A stretch of 64,000 nt of DNA from an uncultured Gammaproteobacteria bacterium. Lineage in GTDB: Bacteria > Patescibacteriota > Patescibacteriia > Magasanikbacterales > UBA922. The translations under genes and the position numbers were made by a program. The stretch is taken from assembly GCA_964597575.1 (NCBI GenBank), contig CAZQXB010000001.1, positions 64,964-128,963 on the forward strand. The letters are read 5' to 3'. The notes under the pieces are model-generated. The model saw nothing but the letters and a program-made list of their open reading frames with translations. It was not told where the DNA came from and made no database searches. Below, piece by piece: positions 46,666-55,800 of this stretch (its first letter is position 1; each line of letters begins with the position of its first letter).

Positions 46666-47781
46666 TTATTGCCTGATAGGCATGACGATATACACATAAC
46701 CATCCTTTCCTTCTTCTTTGAAGATACACGGCGCCTCAGGGCTATTAACACCAATGAAGATGTTGTTATCCATGTGTGCAACCCCATCGAGCACATACCG
46801 GTAATTTAAAAGAATGGAATTATCTGCGCCCTCAAGATCTGCTTCAACACTTGCGGTATGTTCTCCGGCGGCAGTGCTCACCGAAGACAATGTTACATTT
46901 TTTTCTGGCACATGAAACTCAAAAGAAACACCATTTACTCCCTGAGCACTGAATAAACTTGCCGTCTTTATACTTTTTACAAACTCATCTGCAGAAAGCG
47001 AAACCCTCGTCGCAAACTCCTTGGGGATAATTTGTGCATAGTCGGGATAACTTCCTTGAATGAGGCGAGAAGTCAGTTCTACCTCGCCAACCTGCATAGT
47101 AATTTGGTTTTGGGTGACCCACCAACGTGCGCGGGCACCACCTTCTTTTACCCCACCAAGAAGGCGAATCATTTCATACACCGTTCTTGAAGGAACAACA
47201 CAGGTTACCTGCCCGTCGCCTGAAAGAAGCGGAACTTGTTTTTCTGCTAACCGATACGAATCAGTAGCCGCAACGGTGAGCCCACTAAAGCGTTCCGTTC
47301 CAATATGAACACACACCCCAGAAAGTTCGGGGCGGATTTCATTTTTCGATACTGCCACCACCACTCGTTCAAGAGCTTGTTTGAGCGGTGCTGATTCAAA
47401 AACAAATTCATGATCGCGCTCTACCTCTGGCATACCCGGAAACTCCTCCGGCGGAGATCCTTTCATCTTGGTATTATTTCGACCGCACTTTACACGTAAC
47501 TCATCACCTTCTAATGAAAATTGAATTTGGTCATCCGGTAGAAGGTGAATATACTCGGAAAGCATTTTGGCTGGGACCGTAAACGAACCGGTTGTTTCTA
47601 CTTTCGCACGGATCGTGGTTCGGATTGCCACCTCAAGGTTTGTTGTGAGAAGTGATACACCCGATTCGGTCGCAACCAAAAGAACATGCGATAAAATTGG
47701 TAAATGTGTTTGTTTTCCCGCTAACCCACCTACTTGAGTAAGTGCTTGAGCGATGTTGTCTTTAGTACATGTGAATTTCAT
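46666..47781 (-). CDS. dnaN: DNA polymerase III beta sliding clamp
   Basis: 371 aa, three-domain beta-clamp collinearity. Conserved position downstream of dnaA. Confidence 0.92.
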   Translation of the reverse strand: MKFTCTKDNIAQALTQVGGLAGKQTHLPILSHVLLVATESGVSLLTTNLEVAIRTTIRAKVETTGSFTVPAKMLSEYIHLLPDDQIQFSLEGDELRVKCGRNNTKMKGSPPEEFPGMPEVERDHEFVFESAPLKQALERVVVAVSKNEIRPELSGVCVHIGTERFSGLTVAATDSYRLAEKQVPLLSGDGQVTCVVPSRTVYEMIRLLGGVKEGGARARWWVTQNQITMQVGEVELTSRLIQGSYPDYAQIIPKEFATRVSLSADEFVKSIKTASLFSAQGVNGVSFEFHVPEKNVTLSSVSTAAGEHTASVEADLEGADNSILLNYRYVLDGVAHMDNNIFIGVNSPEAPCIFKEEGKDGYVYIVMPIRQ

Positions 47782-48023
47782 AGGCTCAATTGGTATATAT
47801 ACATATATATTTATATCGTAGTAATAGTAGTAAGGGGGACAGCGGGGATAACCGGTATTCTATTCTACGCGTAGCGCTTATTTCTTCGACAGGGGGTGTG
47901 GAGAAAACAGTGGAAACTTTTGCGTGCTGTGGGTAGTTTTTTGGGCGGTGGGGATATGTTTTGCTTGTCCCCATCGGTATCCACAATCATTTTGGGTACT
48001 TATCCGCATCTTTACCCCCGAGG
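47782..48023. promoter_or_regulatory. dnaA-dnaN intergenic oriC-like region: AT-rich unwinding element plus DnaA boxes
   Basis: TATATATACATATATATTTATAT at 47793-47816. DnaA-box-like 9-mers at 47844-47852 (reverse complement GTTATCCCC), 47977-47985 (GTATCCACA) and 48000-48008 (TTATCCGCA). Confidence 0.45.
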
Positions 48024-49505
48024 TTATACACCGTGGGAGTACAGACGCTGCTTAATGGAATCAATCTCGCCTTTTAACTTTGGATCATTGTCGACATCAC
48101 GGGAAATTTTGGTGTGCGCATGCATGGCCGTGGTATGGTCTCGCCCCCCAAGCTCTTCACCAATAGCCGGGTACGACATTTTGAGCTCGTTTCGAAGGAG
48201 AAACATGATAATTTGTCGTGGATGAGCGAGGCGCTTCTCGCGGCTTTTCCCTGTAATATCGTCGAGGGTAATATCGTAAAACTTGCCAACCTCGTGAATA
48301 ATATCTTTCGGAGTAACCGATTTTTTAAAGGGCTGCGCTTCGAGGGTAACGAGGACGGCTTTAATGCTCTCTGGGGTTGGGGGTGTATTTTTGAGTTGGT
48401 GGAAAGCAATAATTTTATTTAACACTCCTTCGAGTTCACGAATATTGTTTTGGATACTGACCGCAATCATGTTGGCGGTTTTTTCGTCGACAGGGAAACG
48501 TTTTTCCTGACATTTTGCCTGTACAATCGCAATTCTGGTTTCAAGGTCAGGGGCTGCAATGTCAACAATCATGCCCCATTCAAGCCGGCTGCGAAGACGA
48601 TCTTCAAGGCCGGGGATTGCTTTCGGCGGCCGGTCTGAAGTGAGTACGATTTGCTTCCCTTGCTGATGAAGTTCATTAAAGGTATGAAAAAATTCTTCTT
48701 GGGTTTGTTCTTTTCCCCCAATAAATTGGATATCGTCGATAAGAAGAAGGTCAACGTTGCGGTAACGATCCTTAAATTCTTTGGCCCGACCTTCCTTTAC
48801 TGAAGAAATAAAGTCGTTGGTAAATTTCTCTGAGTTAACGTATAAAATTTTGGTATTAGCATTTCTTTGAAGCATGGCGTTTCCAATACCTTGGATCAAA
48901 TGGGTTTTACCCAAACCTACGCCACCATAAATAAAGAGCGGATTGTAGGCTTCCCCTGGGCGATTCGCTACCGCCTGGGCGGCTGCATGGGCCAGTTCAT
49001 TGCCTTTTCCAACAATGAAGGTTTCAAAGGTGTATTTTGGATTCAAACCAAAAGGGTTTTGTGCTGGTTCGCGACGGTAGACTTCCTGTTGTTGAATTTG
49101 TTGAGGTTGTGCTGTTGGGTATTGAGGCATTGGTTGAACCGGAGACGGCTGTGTTTGGGGTCCGGAAGAAGGAGGTGGGGTAGGAGCAGGTTGAAGCTGA
49201 CACTCCTGTTCTTGGATGTTCTTGATATTCTCGACTGTATAGTCCAGTTTTTTAACAGGCTTTCCAGTTACCCGTTCGATCGCTTTAATAATGTTTGTGT
49301 GATATTTTTTTTCAAACCATCCCTTCGCAAATGTGCTTGGCACGCACACCACCACACGACCGTTGTCGTATGTTGATATGCCGGTGCCTTGGAACCATGC
49401 ATTGAAATTGGCTTTGGATATAGTGAGTTCGATTTCGCCGAGGACGGCCTGCCAAATTTCATGATTGGTCATAGAGAAACGTATTCTAGGGGCATTGTAC
49501 CACAA
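48024..49505 (-). CDS. dnaA: chromosomal replication initiator DnaA
   Basis: AAA+ Walker A GGVGLGKTHL, domain IV DNA-binding signature and full collinearity. Gln/Pro-rich linker in domain II. Confidence 0.95.
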   Translation of the reverse strand: MWYNAPRIRFSMTNHEIWQAVLGEIELTISKANFNAWFQGTGISTYDNGRVVVCVPSTFAKGWFEKKYHTNIIKAIERVTGKPVKKLDYTVENIKNIQEQECQLQPAPTPPPSSGPQTQPSPVQPMPQYPTAQPQQIQQQEVYRREPAQNPFGLNPKYTFETFIVGKGNELAHAAAQAVANRPGEAYNPLFIYGGVGLGKTHLIQGIGNAMLQRNANTKILYVNSEKFTNDFISSVKEGRAKEFKDRYRNVDLLLIDDIQFIGGKEQTQEEFFHTFNELHQQGKQIVLTSDRPPKAIPGLEDRLRSRLEWGMIVDIAAPDLETRIAIVQAKCQEKRFPVDEKTANMIAVSIQNNIRELEGVLNKIIAFHQLKNTPPTPESIKAVLVTLEAQPFKKSVTPKDIIHEVGKFYDITLDDITGKSREKRLAHPRQIIMFLLRNELKMSYPAIGEELGGRDHTTAMHAHTKISRDVDNDPKLKGEIDSIKQRLYSHGV

Positions 49506-49574
49506 GGGAGAGAAAGCAAAAATGGCCTTAGCTTAGCAAAGAAGATGGTTGTGGGTTGATAATCTGTACACATT

Positions 49575-49603
49575 GGGGATAACCTGTGGATAGTGGGGAT
49601 AAC
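49575..49603. promoter_or_regulatory. cluster of three DnaA boxes upstream of dnaA
   Basis: GGGGATAAC, TGTGGATAG and GGGGATAAC in tandem (reverse complements GTTATCCCC, CTATCCACA, GTTATCCCC). Confidence 0.45.
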
Positions 49604-49751
49604 TTTCCGTCTTCTTTTCAGAGTTGAGCCATAAAAGATTGTGCACATGCATGTGTACAATGAAAGATCCATTGGTTCGGATTGACAAAATAGTAGTTCC
49701 GCTTGCCTCGTGTGTTTTGGAGCCCTTCTTTTTATAAAGAAAATGGCTGTG

Positions 49752-49780
49752 TTGACAAAATAAAAAAAATTCGCTATACT
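49752..49780 (+). promoter_or_regulatory. rpsT promoter TTGACA-N17-TATACT
   Basis: Perfect hexamers 38 nt upstream of the rpsT ATG. Confidence 0.5.
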
Positions 49781-49818
49781 CATCCTATTATATTTTCGTC
49801 CATTTTCCTTAGAATTTT

Positions 49819-50100
49819 ATGCCAATCAAGCAAAATGCTAAAAAAGCCTTGCGCCAGGCAAAAAAGCGCGCGATTCAGAACAAAGTGGTAAAGAATGCGT
49901 ACAAGGAAGCCATGAAGCAAGCTCAGAAAGCAATTGACGGCGGTAAAGACGTGCTCGAAGCCGCTCGTTTGGCACAGCAAAAGCTTGCGAAGGCGGCAAA
50001 GAAGGGTGTGATTAAATCAAACACTGCTTCTCGCAAACTTTCTCGCCTTATGAAAAAGGTGAACCAAGCTGCGAAACCTGCTGCTTCAAAAAAGAAATAA
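49819..50100 (+). CDS. rpsT: 30S ribosomal protein S20
   Basis: 93-aa basic helical protein. N-terminal AKKALRQAKKRAIQNKVVKN pattern typical of S20. Confidence 0.85.
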   Translation: MPIKQNAKKALRQAKKRAIQNKVVKNAYKEAMKQAQKAIDGGKDVLEAARLAQQKLAKAAKKGVIKSNTASRKLSRLMKKVNQAAKPAASKKK

Positions 50101-50114
50101 TTATCCCCAAATAC

Positions 50115-50150
50115 AAAAAATATCCCCAAGACCTGGGGATATTTTTGTTT
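50115..50150 (+). terminator. terminator after rpsT
   Basis: TATCCCCA-agac-CTGGGGATA followed by TTTTTGTTTT. Confidence 0.5.
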
Positions 50151-50164
50151 TCCCGTCCAGACTG

Positions 50165-51133
50165 CTAATTCCCAAAACGAACAATAATGTACTCAAGGGT
50201 ACTGGCCATGTCCGTTTTTCCTGTTTTTACCCCGATATCAGCCTCAAGGAGCAGGCGATGGAGTTCTTGAAATTTTTCAGGCGGAGTTTGTTTAATTAAC
50301 CCCAATGATTTTTTGACCACGAACGGATGGGCCCCAATCTTGCGAGCAAGAGAATCGGAAGAAGCCCCTGGATCTCGTTTTAAGGCATCGGAGAGTTCAA
50401 GTAAAATTTTGGTCTGTCGGATAAGCATGGCAAGCACATAGCCGTCCTCGCCCCCATGGCTCCGCTCCATGGCAAGGTGCTCAAAAGCTTGCTTGGTTTT
50501 TTGGGCCACAATGCTATCAACGAGTGCAAAAATAACATCCTCGGTTCCGCCATCGAGAAAAAGAAGGACATCAGCTTCTGTAATAGCAGTATTTTGTCCG
50601 CTATAGGCGGTAAGTACTTCAAAAAGATTTTTTGCCTGCCAAGAATCTACCCCAGCAATACGCACGAGTTCAGGAAGTGCGTGAGCATCAACAGTCTTTC
50701 CTCGTTCTTTAAAATATTCCTTGACCCAGGTGCCAGCTTCAGAAGAAGTAAGTTTGGCAAATTCTTGAGCATAGGGTGTCGCTTTAAGTGTGTCCCACAG
50801 CGCCTTTGCTTCTTTGTGTTTTTCAGGAGCAGCTTCTTCAAAAAAAATAGTAACATTGGTTGGTGGAAGTTTATTCGCCGTGATTTTTTCCTGAATGGCT
50901 AATTGCAGCTCTTTGTTTTTTGTTTTCATGAGCCGCTCAACGACAATCATTCTTTTTTCTGCGAGAAAAGGGGAGGCGCTTATTTCTTCAAGAATATTTA
51001 CCTTGCTCGAGGCGGCATCAAGCACGACAACATTAAGCCCTTGAGGGTCACGTTCTGCCTTGAAGCGCTCAATCAGTTTTTTTAAACGCTCACGGCTTCG
51101 GAATGTATCTTCCCCGTAGAGAAAAATAACCAT
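50165..51133 (-). CDS. holA: DNA polymerase III delta subunit
   Basis: 322 aa. N-terminal delta-subunit AAA+-like lid pattern (VIFLYGEDTF...). Co-oriented and adjacent to polA. Confidence 0.75.
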   Translation of the reverse strand: MVIFLYGEDTFRSRERLKKLIERFKAERDPQGLNVVVLDAASSKVNILEEISASPFLAEKRMIVVERLMKTKNKELQLAIQEKITANKLPPTNVTIFFEEAAPEKHKEAKALWDTLKATPYAQEFAKLTSSEAGTWVKEYFKERGKTVDAHALPELVRIAGVDSWQAKNLFEVLTAYSGQNTAITEADVLLFLDGGTEDVIFALVDSIVAQKTKQAFEHLAMERSHGGEDGYVLAMLIRQTKILLELSDALKRDPGASSDSLARKIGAHPFVVKKSLGLIKQTPPEKFQELHRLLLEADIGVKTGKTDMASTLEYIIVRFGN

Positions 51134-51134
51134 A

Positions 51135-53828
51135 TTATTTTAACTCGCCCCAACGATCACCAATCGCTACATGAACCTCAACAGGAACTTTCAATTTTAC
51201 CACCTCAACCATTTTTTGTTTCGCGAGCTCGGCCACTTCTTCTGCAATACCTTCTTTGCATTCGAGCACCAATTCGTCGTGAACTTGGAGTGTAATGCGC
51301 GCATCTTCTAAAGAGTACCGTTTCAGGAGTTCATCATGAAGTGAGATCATCGCAAGCTTAATAATATCGGCATTTGTTCCCTGAATGGGCATGTTGACCG
51401 CCATGCGTTCGCCCGCACTTCGGAGTTGGTGGTTGTCGGATGCAAGTTCAGGAATATACCGACGTCGACCATACAGCGTTTCAACATACCCTGTTTCTTT
51501 GGCAAACGCGATGGTGTTTTCAATATACTTTTTTACGCCCGCGTATTCTTTGAAATACGCCTCAATAAATGCTTTTGCTTGCCACTGAGGAATCTGTGTT
51601 CGCCAGGCAAGCCCGAACGAGCCCATACCATAGAGAATACCAAAGTTAACGGCCTTTGCAGCGTAGCGCATTTCTTTCGTTACTTCAGATTCTTTGACGC
51701 CGTGAATGGCGGCTGCCGCAGAGGTGTGAATGTCTTTGCCTTCCTTAAAAATCTCCATCATGCGTTTGTCTTCGGCGAGCGAGGCGACAATACGAAGTTC
51801 GATTTGGGAGTAGTCGGCAGAAATAAGTTTGTACCCCTTCGCCGCAATAAACGTATTTCGTACCTGTGAGCCAAGCTCGGTTCGAATCGGAATGTTTTGC
51901 AAATTGGGGTCAACGCTCGACAGGCGGCCGGTTGCAGCCACGGCCTGGTTAAAGTGCGTATGAATTCTCCCGGTGCTCGGATTAACGAGAGTGGGTAAGA
52001 CATCAATATAGGTATTTTGAAGTTTGGAAAGTTCGCGATGTTCTTCGATGAGAGGAATAATGGCATGCTCTTCACGAAGCTTTTCTAATTCTGACGCGGC
52101 CGTGGAATATCCAGTTTTGCCTTTTTTAATTCCGTCAGTTGGAAGGGCTAACGTATCAAACAAAATATCGCGAAGCTGCGTGCTCGAGGCCACATTGAAT
52201 TCAGTTCCTGCTTCTTTCCAGATTTGTTTGGTGAGTCGGTCAAGGCTCGCTGCTACCGTTTCAGATAATTCACCGAGCACCTTCAGGTCAACTTCTACCC
52301 CAACAAGTTCCATGGCCGAAAGAACCGGAATAAGTTTCATCTCCATGTTTTTGAACAACCCCGCGTCAGTCATTTTTTGGAGTGCGGTATCAAAAATAGA
52401 AAAGAGAGGAAAGAATACGGAAATCTGTTCCGCGGTTTCTTCGACCGTTGGGCGAAAGAGTGAGGCCTGAGCATTTTTTTCTGGAAGTGTGAAGTGGAGT
52501 TCGCGTTCTACTATGCTTTCCAGATCGTGGGCCCGCGTGCTTGAGTTCACCACATACGACGCAATCATGAGATCAAACAGCGGAGCCGTGATTGTAAGAT
52601 TTTTATGGAGCAATGCACGGTAGGTTTCTTTTAAATTATGGCCCACAATATGCTCTGCGCTGTTTATTGTTTTCAGAAATACTTTTTGGTGTGTTTCTAA
52701 ATCTTTCCAAGAAAAAATGAGTGTTTTTTCTGGAGTTCCTAAAATAATGTGAGTGAGGGAGCCGGTTAAAATATCACCTGTGGTCACCTCTTCTTTCATG
52801 GCAAGAATGGGCGCGTTCTCTAAAGAAAGAAGCGTTTCTTTTATTTGTTCCGAAGAAATAATTTCGATAGGGGTCTTTTTCTCTGTGAAAGGTTTTTTCG
52901 TTTTTGGTGCAGGAGCCTCGCCACGAAGTCGTTTCAAAAGTGAGAAAAATTCAAACTTTTGAAAAAGGGGTTCAAGCACCTCAAGGTTAAAAGGTTTAAT
53001 GGCCGTCTTTGAAAGAGAAAAATCTAAATCCGGAACATCGCGTTTAATGGTTGCGAGGGCTCGGCTCATTTTAGCGGACTCGTACCCACCCTCAAGCTTC
53101 GCAATAACACCTTTGGGAAACGTTTCTCGAATAACACTCTTCTCTTTTTTGAGATCCCTGTACATGTCGTCCACGCCACCAATTTTCGTAATGAGTTCCG
53201 TTGCTGTTTTTTCACCAATGCCTTTAATGCCCGGAATATTATCTGAGGTATCTCCGCGGAGAGATTTATAATCGATAATTCGTTCGGGTCCAAAACCGTA
53301 TTTTTCTTTTACTTTCTCCGCGTCGAAAATAACCACATCTGAAAGACCTTTCCGAAGTTCGTAGACTCGTGTGTTTTCGTCGATGAGCTGTAAAATATCC
53401 ATATCACCTGTCACGATGAGGGTTTGGATACCATTTTTAAGTATATTTTTGTCGGCAGAAATCGTGCCGATCACATCGTCGGCTTCATATCCTTCTTTTT
53501 CAAAAATCTCGATTCCCATGGCTCGGACCACGTCGTGAATAAGCGGTATTTGGTTATATAGAGCGTCGTCGGCTTTGACGCGTTTGGCTTTGTATTCCGT
53601 AAAAATTTCATCGCGAAATGTACCGCCTGCCACATCAAATGAAACGGCAATGTGGCTCGGTGCAATTTCTTGAATCACCCGAAGGAGGGTGGAAACAAAG
53701 CCATAGACCGCGTTTACGACCATGCCATCTTTGGTCGTCAGTGGGGGAACGGCATGGTATGCACGGTGAATAATGGCGTTGCCATCGATAAGAACTAAGG
53801 TCTTTTGTGGAGGGGTATTTTTAGCCAT
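51135..53828 (-). CDS. polA: DNA polymerase I (5'-3' exonuclease + 3'-5' exo-like + polymerase domains)
   Basis: N-terminal 5'-nuclease motifs, family A polymerase motifs A (DYSQIELR), B (RRxAKxxNFGxxYG) and C (HDE). Confidence 0.95.
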   Translation of the reverse strand: MAKNTPPQKTLVLIDGNAIIHRAYHAVPPLTTKDGMVVNAVYGFVSTLLRVIQEIAPSHIAVSFDVAGGTFRDEIFTEYKAKRVKADDALYNQIPLIHDVVRAMGIEIFEKEGYEADDVIGTISADKNILKNGIQTLIVTGDMDILQLIDENTRVYELRKGLSDVVIFDAEKVKEKYGFGPERIIDYKSLRGDTSDNIPGIKGIGEKTATELITKIGGVDDMYRDLKKEKSVIRETFPKGVIAKLEGGYESAKMSRALATIKRDVPDLDFSLSKTAIKPFNLEVLEPLFQKFEFFSLLKRLRGEAPAPKTKKPFTEKKTPIEIISSEQIKETLLSLENAPILAMKEEVTTGDILTGSLTHIILGTPEKTLIFSWKDLETHQKVFLKTINSAEHIVGHNLKETYRALLHKNLTITAPLFDLMIASYVVNSSTRAHDLESIVERELHFTLPEKNAQASLFRPTVEETAEQISVFFPLFSIFDTALQKMTDAGLFKNMEMKLIPVLSAMELVGVEVDLKVLGELSETVAASLDRLTKQIWKEAGTEFNVASSTQLRDILFDTLALPTDGIKKGKTGYSTAASELEKLREEHAIIPLIEEHRELSKLQNTYIDVLPTLVNPSTGRIHTHFNQAVAATGRLSSVDPNLQNIPIRTELGSQVRNTFIAAKGYKLISADYSQIELRIVASLAEDKRMMEIFKEGKDIHTSAAAAIHGVKESEVTKEMRYAAKAVNFGILYGMGSFGLAWRTQIPQWQAKAFIEAYFKEYAGVKKYIENTIAFAKETGYVETLYGRRRYIPELASDNHQLRSAGERMAVNMPIQGTNADIIKLAMISLHDELLKRYSLEDARITLQVHDELVLECKEGIAEEVAELAKQKMVEVVKLKVPVEVHVAIGDRWGELK

Positions 53829-53857
53829 AGTAGGCTCATGGTATCACACTTTCACTC

Positions 53858-53886
53858 TTGAAAAAAAGGGCGGTGCGTGTTATGCT
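53858..53886 (+). promoter_or_regulatory. tRNA-Cys promoter TTGAAA-N17-TATGCT
   Basis: Hexamers with 17-nt spacer 22 nt upstream of tRNA-Cys. Confidence 0.4.
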
Positions 53887-53908
53887 CTATGCGTTCGAAA
53901 GGTGCCAC

Positions 53909-53980
<72 letters not shown>

Positions 53981-54035
53981 CAAATATAAAATACTACCTC
54001 TAGAGGTAGTATTTTATTATTGGTTTGGTTTCGAT

Positions 54036-54159
54036 GTGGGAATTGAACCAGAAGGGGGTCGGGGAAACAGTTGTTTCCCCGTGGCGGATTATTGAAACCG
54101 AGGGGTTTCAAAACGCAGCGAACGAAGTGGGCGAGTAGTGAAATTACCCACCCGTACCT
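54036..54159 (+). repeat. tRNA-trailer structured element E5 (tRNA-Cys); core near-identical to E3
   Basis: Starts GTGGGAATTGAACC, the exact reverse complement of tRNA-Cys GGTTCAATTCCCAC. Core 54048-54113 matches 41801-41866. Ends AATTACCCACCCGTACCT, then CAAATATAAAA and a new hairpin, mirroring the tRNA-Cys 3' flank. Confidence 0.5.
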
Positions 54160-54211
54160 CAAATATAAAAGAGAGCTTCAAGCTCTCTTTTATATTTGGT
54201 CTCGAGGGTCG

Positions 54212-54691
54212 TTATTTTTTTGAAGGTTTTTTCTTCTTTTTTGCAGGTGATTTTTCTTCATGAACTTCCTCCTCTTCAGAAAAGTCTTCTTCAAAAGAAG
54301 GTGCGCTCAGTGCTTTTACCATTTGGATAAGAGTCTCGATTTTTTTGTTCAACATTTCAATTTGATTCTGCACATCGTTTCCACGTCGTTCACCGCCATC
54401 TGCTTGGTATGTTGGACGTTCTGACTGAAATGAAGGGCGAAACGATGTTTCTGGTTTACTGCTTTTAAAGCAGTCCTTACAAAATACTGGTTTTTTGCCA
54501 TTCGGACGGAAAGGAACTTCACACATTTTGCCACAGCGAGCACAGGTTGCCTGGTGCATTTCACCACCGCGAGAAAAATCTCTCCCTGGGCCACCACTAC
54601 CCCCTCTAAATCCGCCTCTGTCTCGAAAACCACCACGGCTTTCTCCGCGATCCCCACCCCCAAAACGACGTTCCTTTTTGAAATCTCTCAT
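54212..54691 (-). CDS. RGG-repeat / zinc-ribbon protein (159 aa)
   Basis: N-terminal GGGDRGESRGGFRDRGGFRGG repeats. CARCGK...FCKDC (CxxC-X16-CxxC). Acidic-then-Lys-rich tail. Confidence 0.5.
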   Translation of the reverse strand: MRDFKKERRFGGGDRGESRGGFRDRGGFRGGSGGPGRDFSRGGEMHQATCARCGKMCEVPFRPNGKKPVFCKDCFKSSKPETSFRPSFQSERPTYQADGGERRGNDVQNQIEMLNKKIETLIQMVKALSAPSFEEDFSEEEEVHEEKSPAKKKKKPSKK

Positions 54692-54725
54692 ATGCTGAAG
54701 TTAGTTTAGGAATGGTAAAATAAAT

Positions 54726-55295
54726 TTATTTTTCACTTACGCGTCCACCGTATTCTCCGGTGTCGGTGTTCACGATAACCTCCTCACCTTCTTTAATAAA
54801 GATCGGTGCGTGAACCGTAAGACCGTTGTGAAGTTTAATTTCTTTTGTAACGTTTCCACCAGCACTGTCTCCGCGAACTGCAGGAGGTGCTTCAGCAACA
54901 GTATAAGTCACTTTCTTTGGAAGTTCGATCGCGACTACGCGTCCCTCGTGCATAACCGCAATGACTTCAAGCCCTTCTTTGAGATATTTTGATTCATCGC
55001 CAATAATGTCAGTCCCAATATCTACGGTTTCAAAGGTGCTCTGATTCATGAAAGAGAATTTGCCACCACTTCCGTATAAGTACTGCATGTTCTGGTATTC
55101 CACCTGAACAGTGTCCACTTTTTCACTGCTCTTATAGGTAATATCCATTGATTTGCCAGAAGAAATGCTCTTCATTTTTGTTTTCGTAAACGCAGAACCT
55201 TTTCCTGGATTTACAAATTGAGCCAAGGTCACCACGTATAAGTCATTGTTGTGGCGGATTACTGCGCCTTTGCGGATGTCTGCTGTGTCGCCCAT
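54726..55295 (-). CDS. efp: elongation factor P
   Basis: KOW-like N-domain with the modified-lysine loop (VNPGKGSAF) and two OB domains. Start moved to ATG 55295 (ORF-track start lies inside the PadR operator region). Confidence 0.9.
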   Translation of the reverse strand: MGDTADIRKGAVIRHNNDLYVVTLAQFVNPGKGSAFTKTKMKSISSGKSMDITYKSSEKVDTVQVEYQNMQYLYGSGGKFSFMNQSTFETVDIGTDIIGDESKYLKEGLEVIAVMHEGRVVAIELPKKVTYTVAEAPPAVRGDSAGGNVTKEIKLHNGLTVHAPIFIKEGEEVIVNTDTGEYGGRVSEK

Positions 55296-55394
55296 AGGAA
55301 TGCTATTAAATTTTGATTGGCTGAAAGTGCTCCCAGTGTAGCCAAAAAGTAGGGAAGTGTCAAGAAAGTGACATTTTATATACTTATCCACATA

Positions 55395-55415
55395 GTACCT
55401 TGTATAACAAGGTAC
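55395..55415. promoter_or_regulatory. palindromic operator GTACCTTG-TATAA-CAAGGTAC in the padR promoter
   Basis: Perfect 8-bp arms. Overlaps the putative -35 (TTGTAT 55400-55405), 17 nt from -10 TATACT (55423-55428), 30 nt upstream of padR. Confidence 0.4.
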
Positions 55416-55457
55416 CTTTGTATATACTACTGCCATAGACATCCTTTTTCTTCCTGT

Positions 55458-55796
55458 ATGAAGACTTTAGATATTGAAAAAACGAAAAGTGATATGCGCC
55501 GGGGTATCCTCGAGTACTGTGTTCTCCTGACGATTTCTCGCGGAAAGATCTATGCAAGCGATATGCTAAAGAAATTGAAAGATGCTGACCTGCTCGTCGT
55601 CGAGGGGACGCTGTATCCGCTCCTTAACCGGCTGCGCACTGAAGAGCTTTTGGAATACACCTGGGAAGAATCGAAATCCGGCCCCCCTAGAAAATACTAT
55701 ATGCTGACCGCTCTTGGAAAAGAAAATCTTGATCAGCTCAGCCGCACCTGGAAATCACTCGTTGAATCTGTTCACAACCTTACTTCTCTTGAATAA
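55458..55796 (+). CDS. PadR-family transcriptional regulator
   Basis: Winged-helix region with the PadR signature (EYCVLLTISRGKIYASDMLKKL...GTLYPLLNRLRTEELLEYTWEE...PRKYY). Confidence 0.85.
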   Translation: MKTLDIEKTKSDMRRGILEYCVLLTISRGKIYASDMLKKLKDADLLVVEGTLYPLLNRLRTEELLEYTWEESKSGPPRKYYMLTALGKENLDQLSRTWKSLVESVHNLTSLE

Positions 55797-55800
55797 CTGT

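Noticed and set aside
50101-50109. Isolated DnaA-box-like 9-mer TTATCCCCA right after the rpsT stop
   Set aside because: Single site that is part of the terminator stem (TATCCCCA..TGGGGATA). Probably coincidental.
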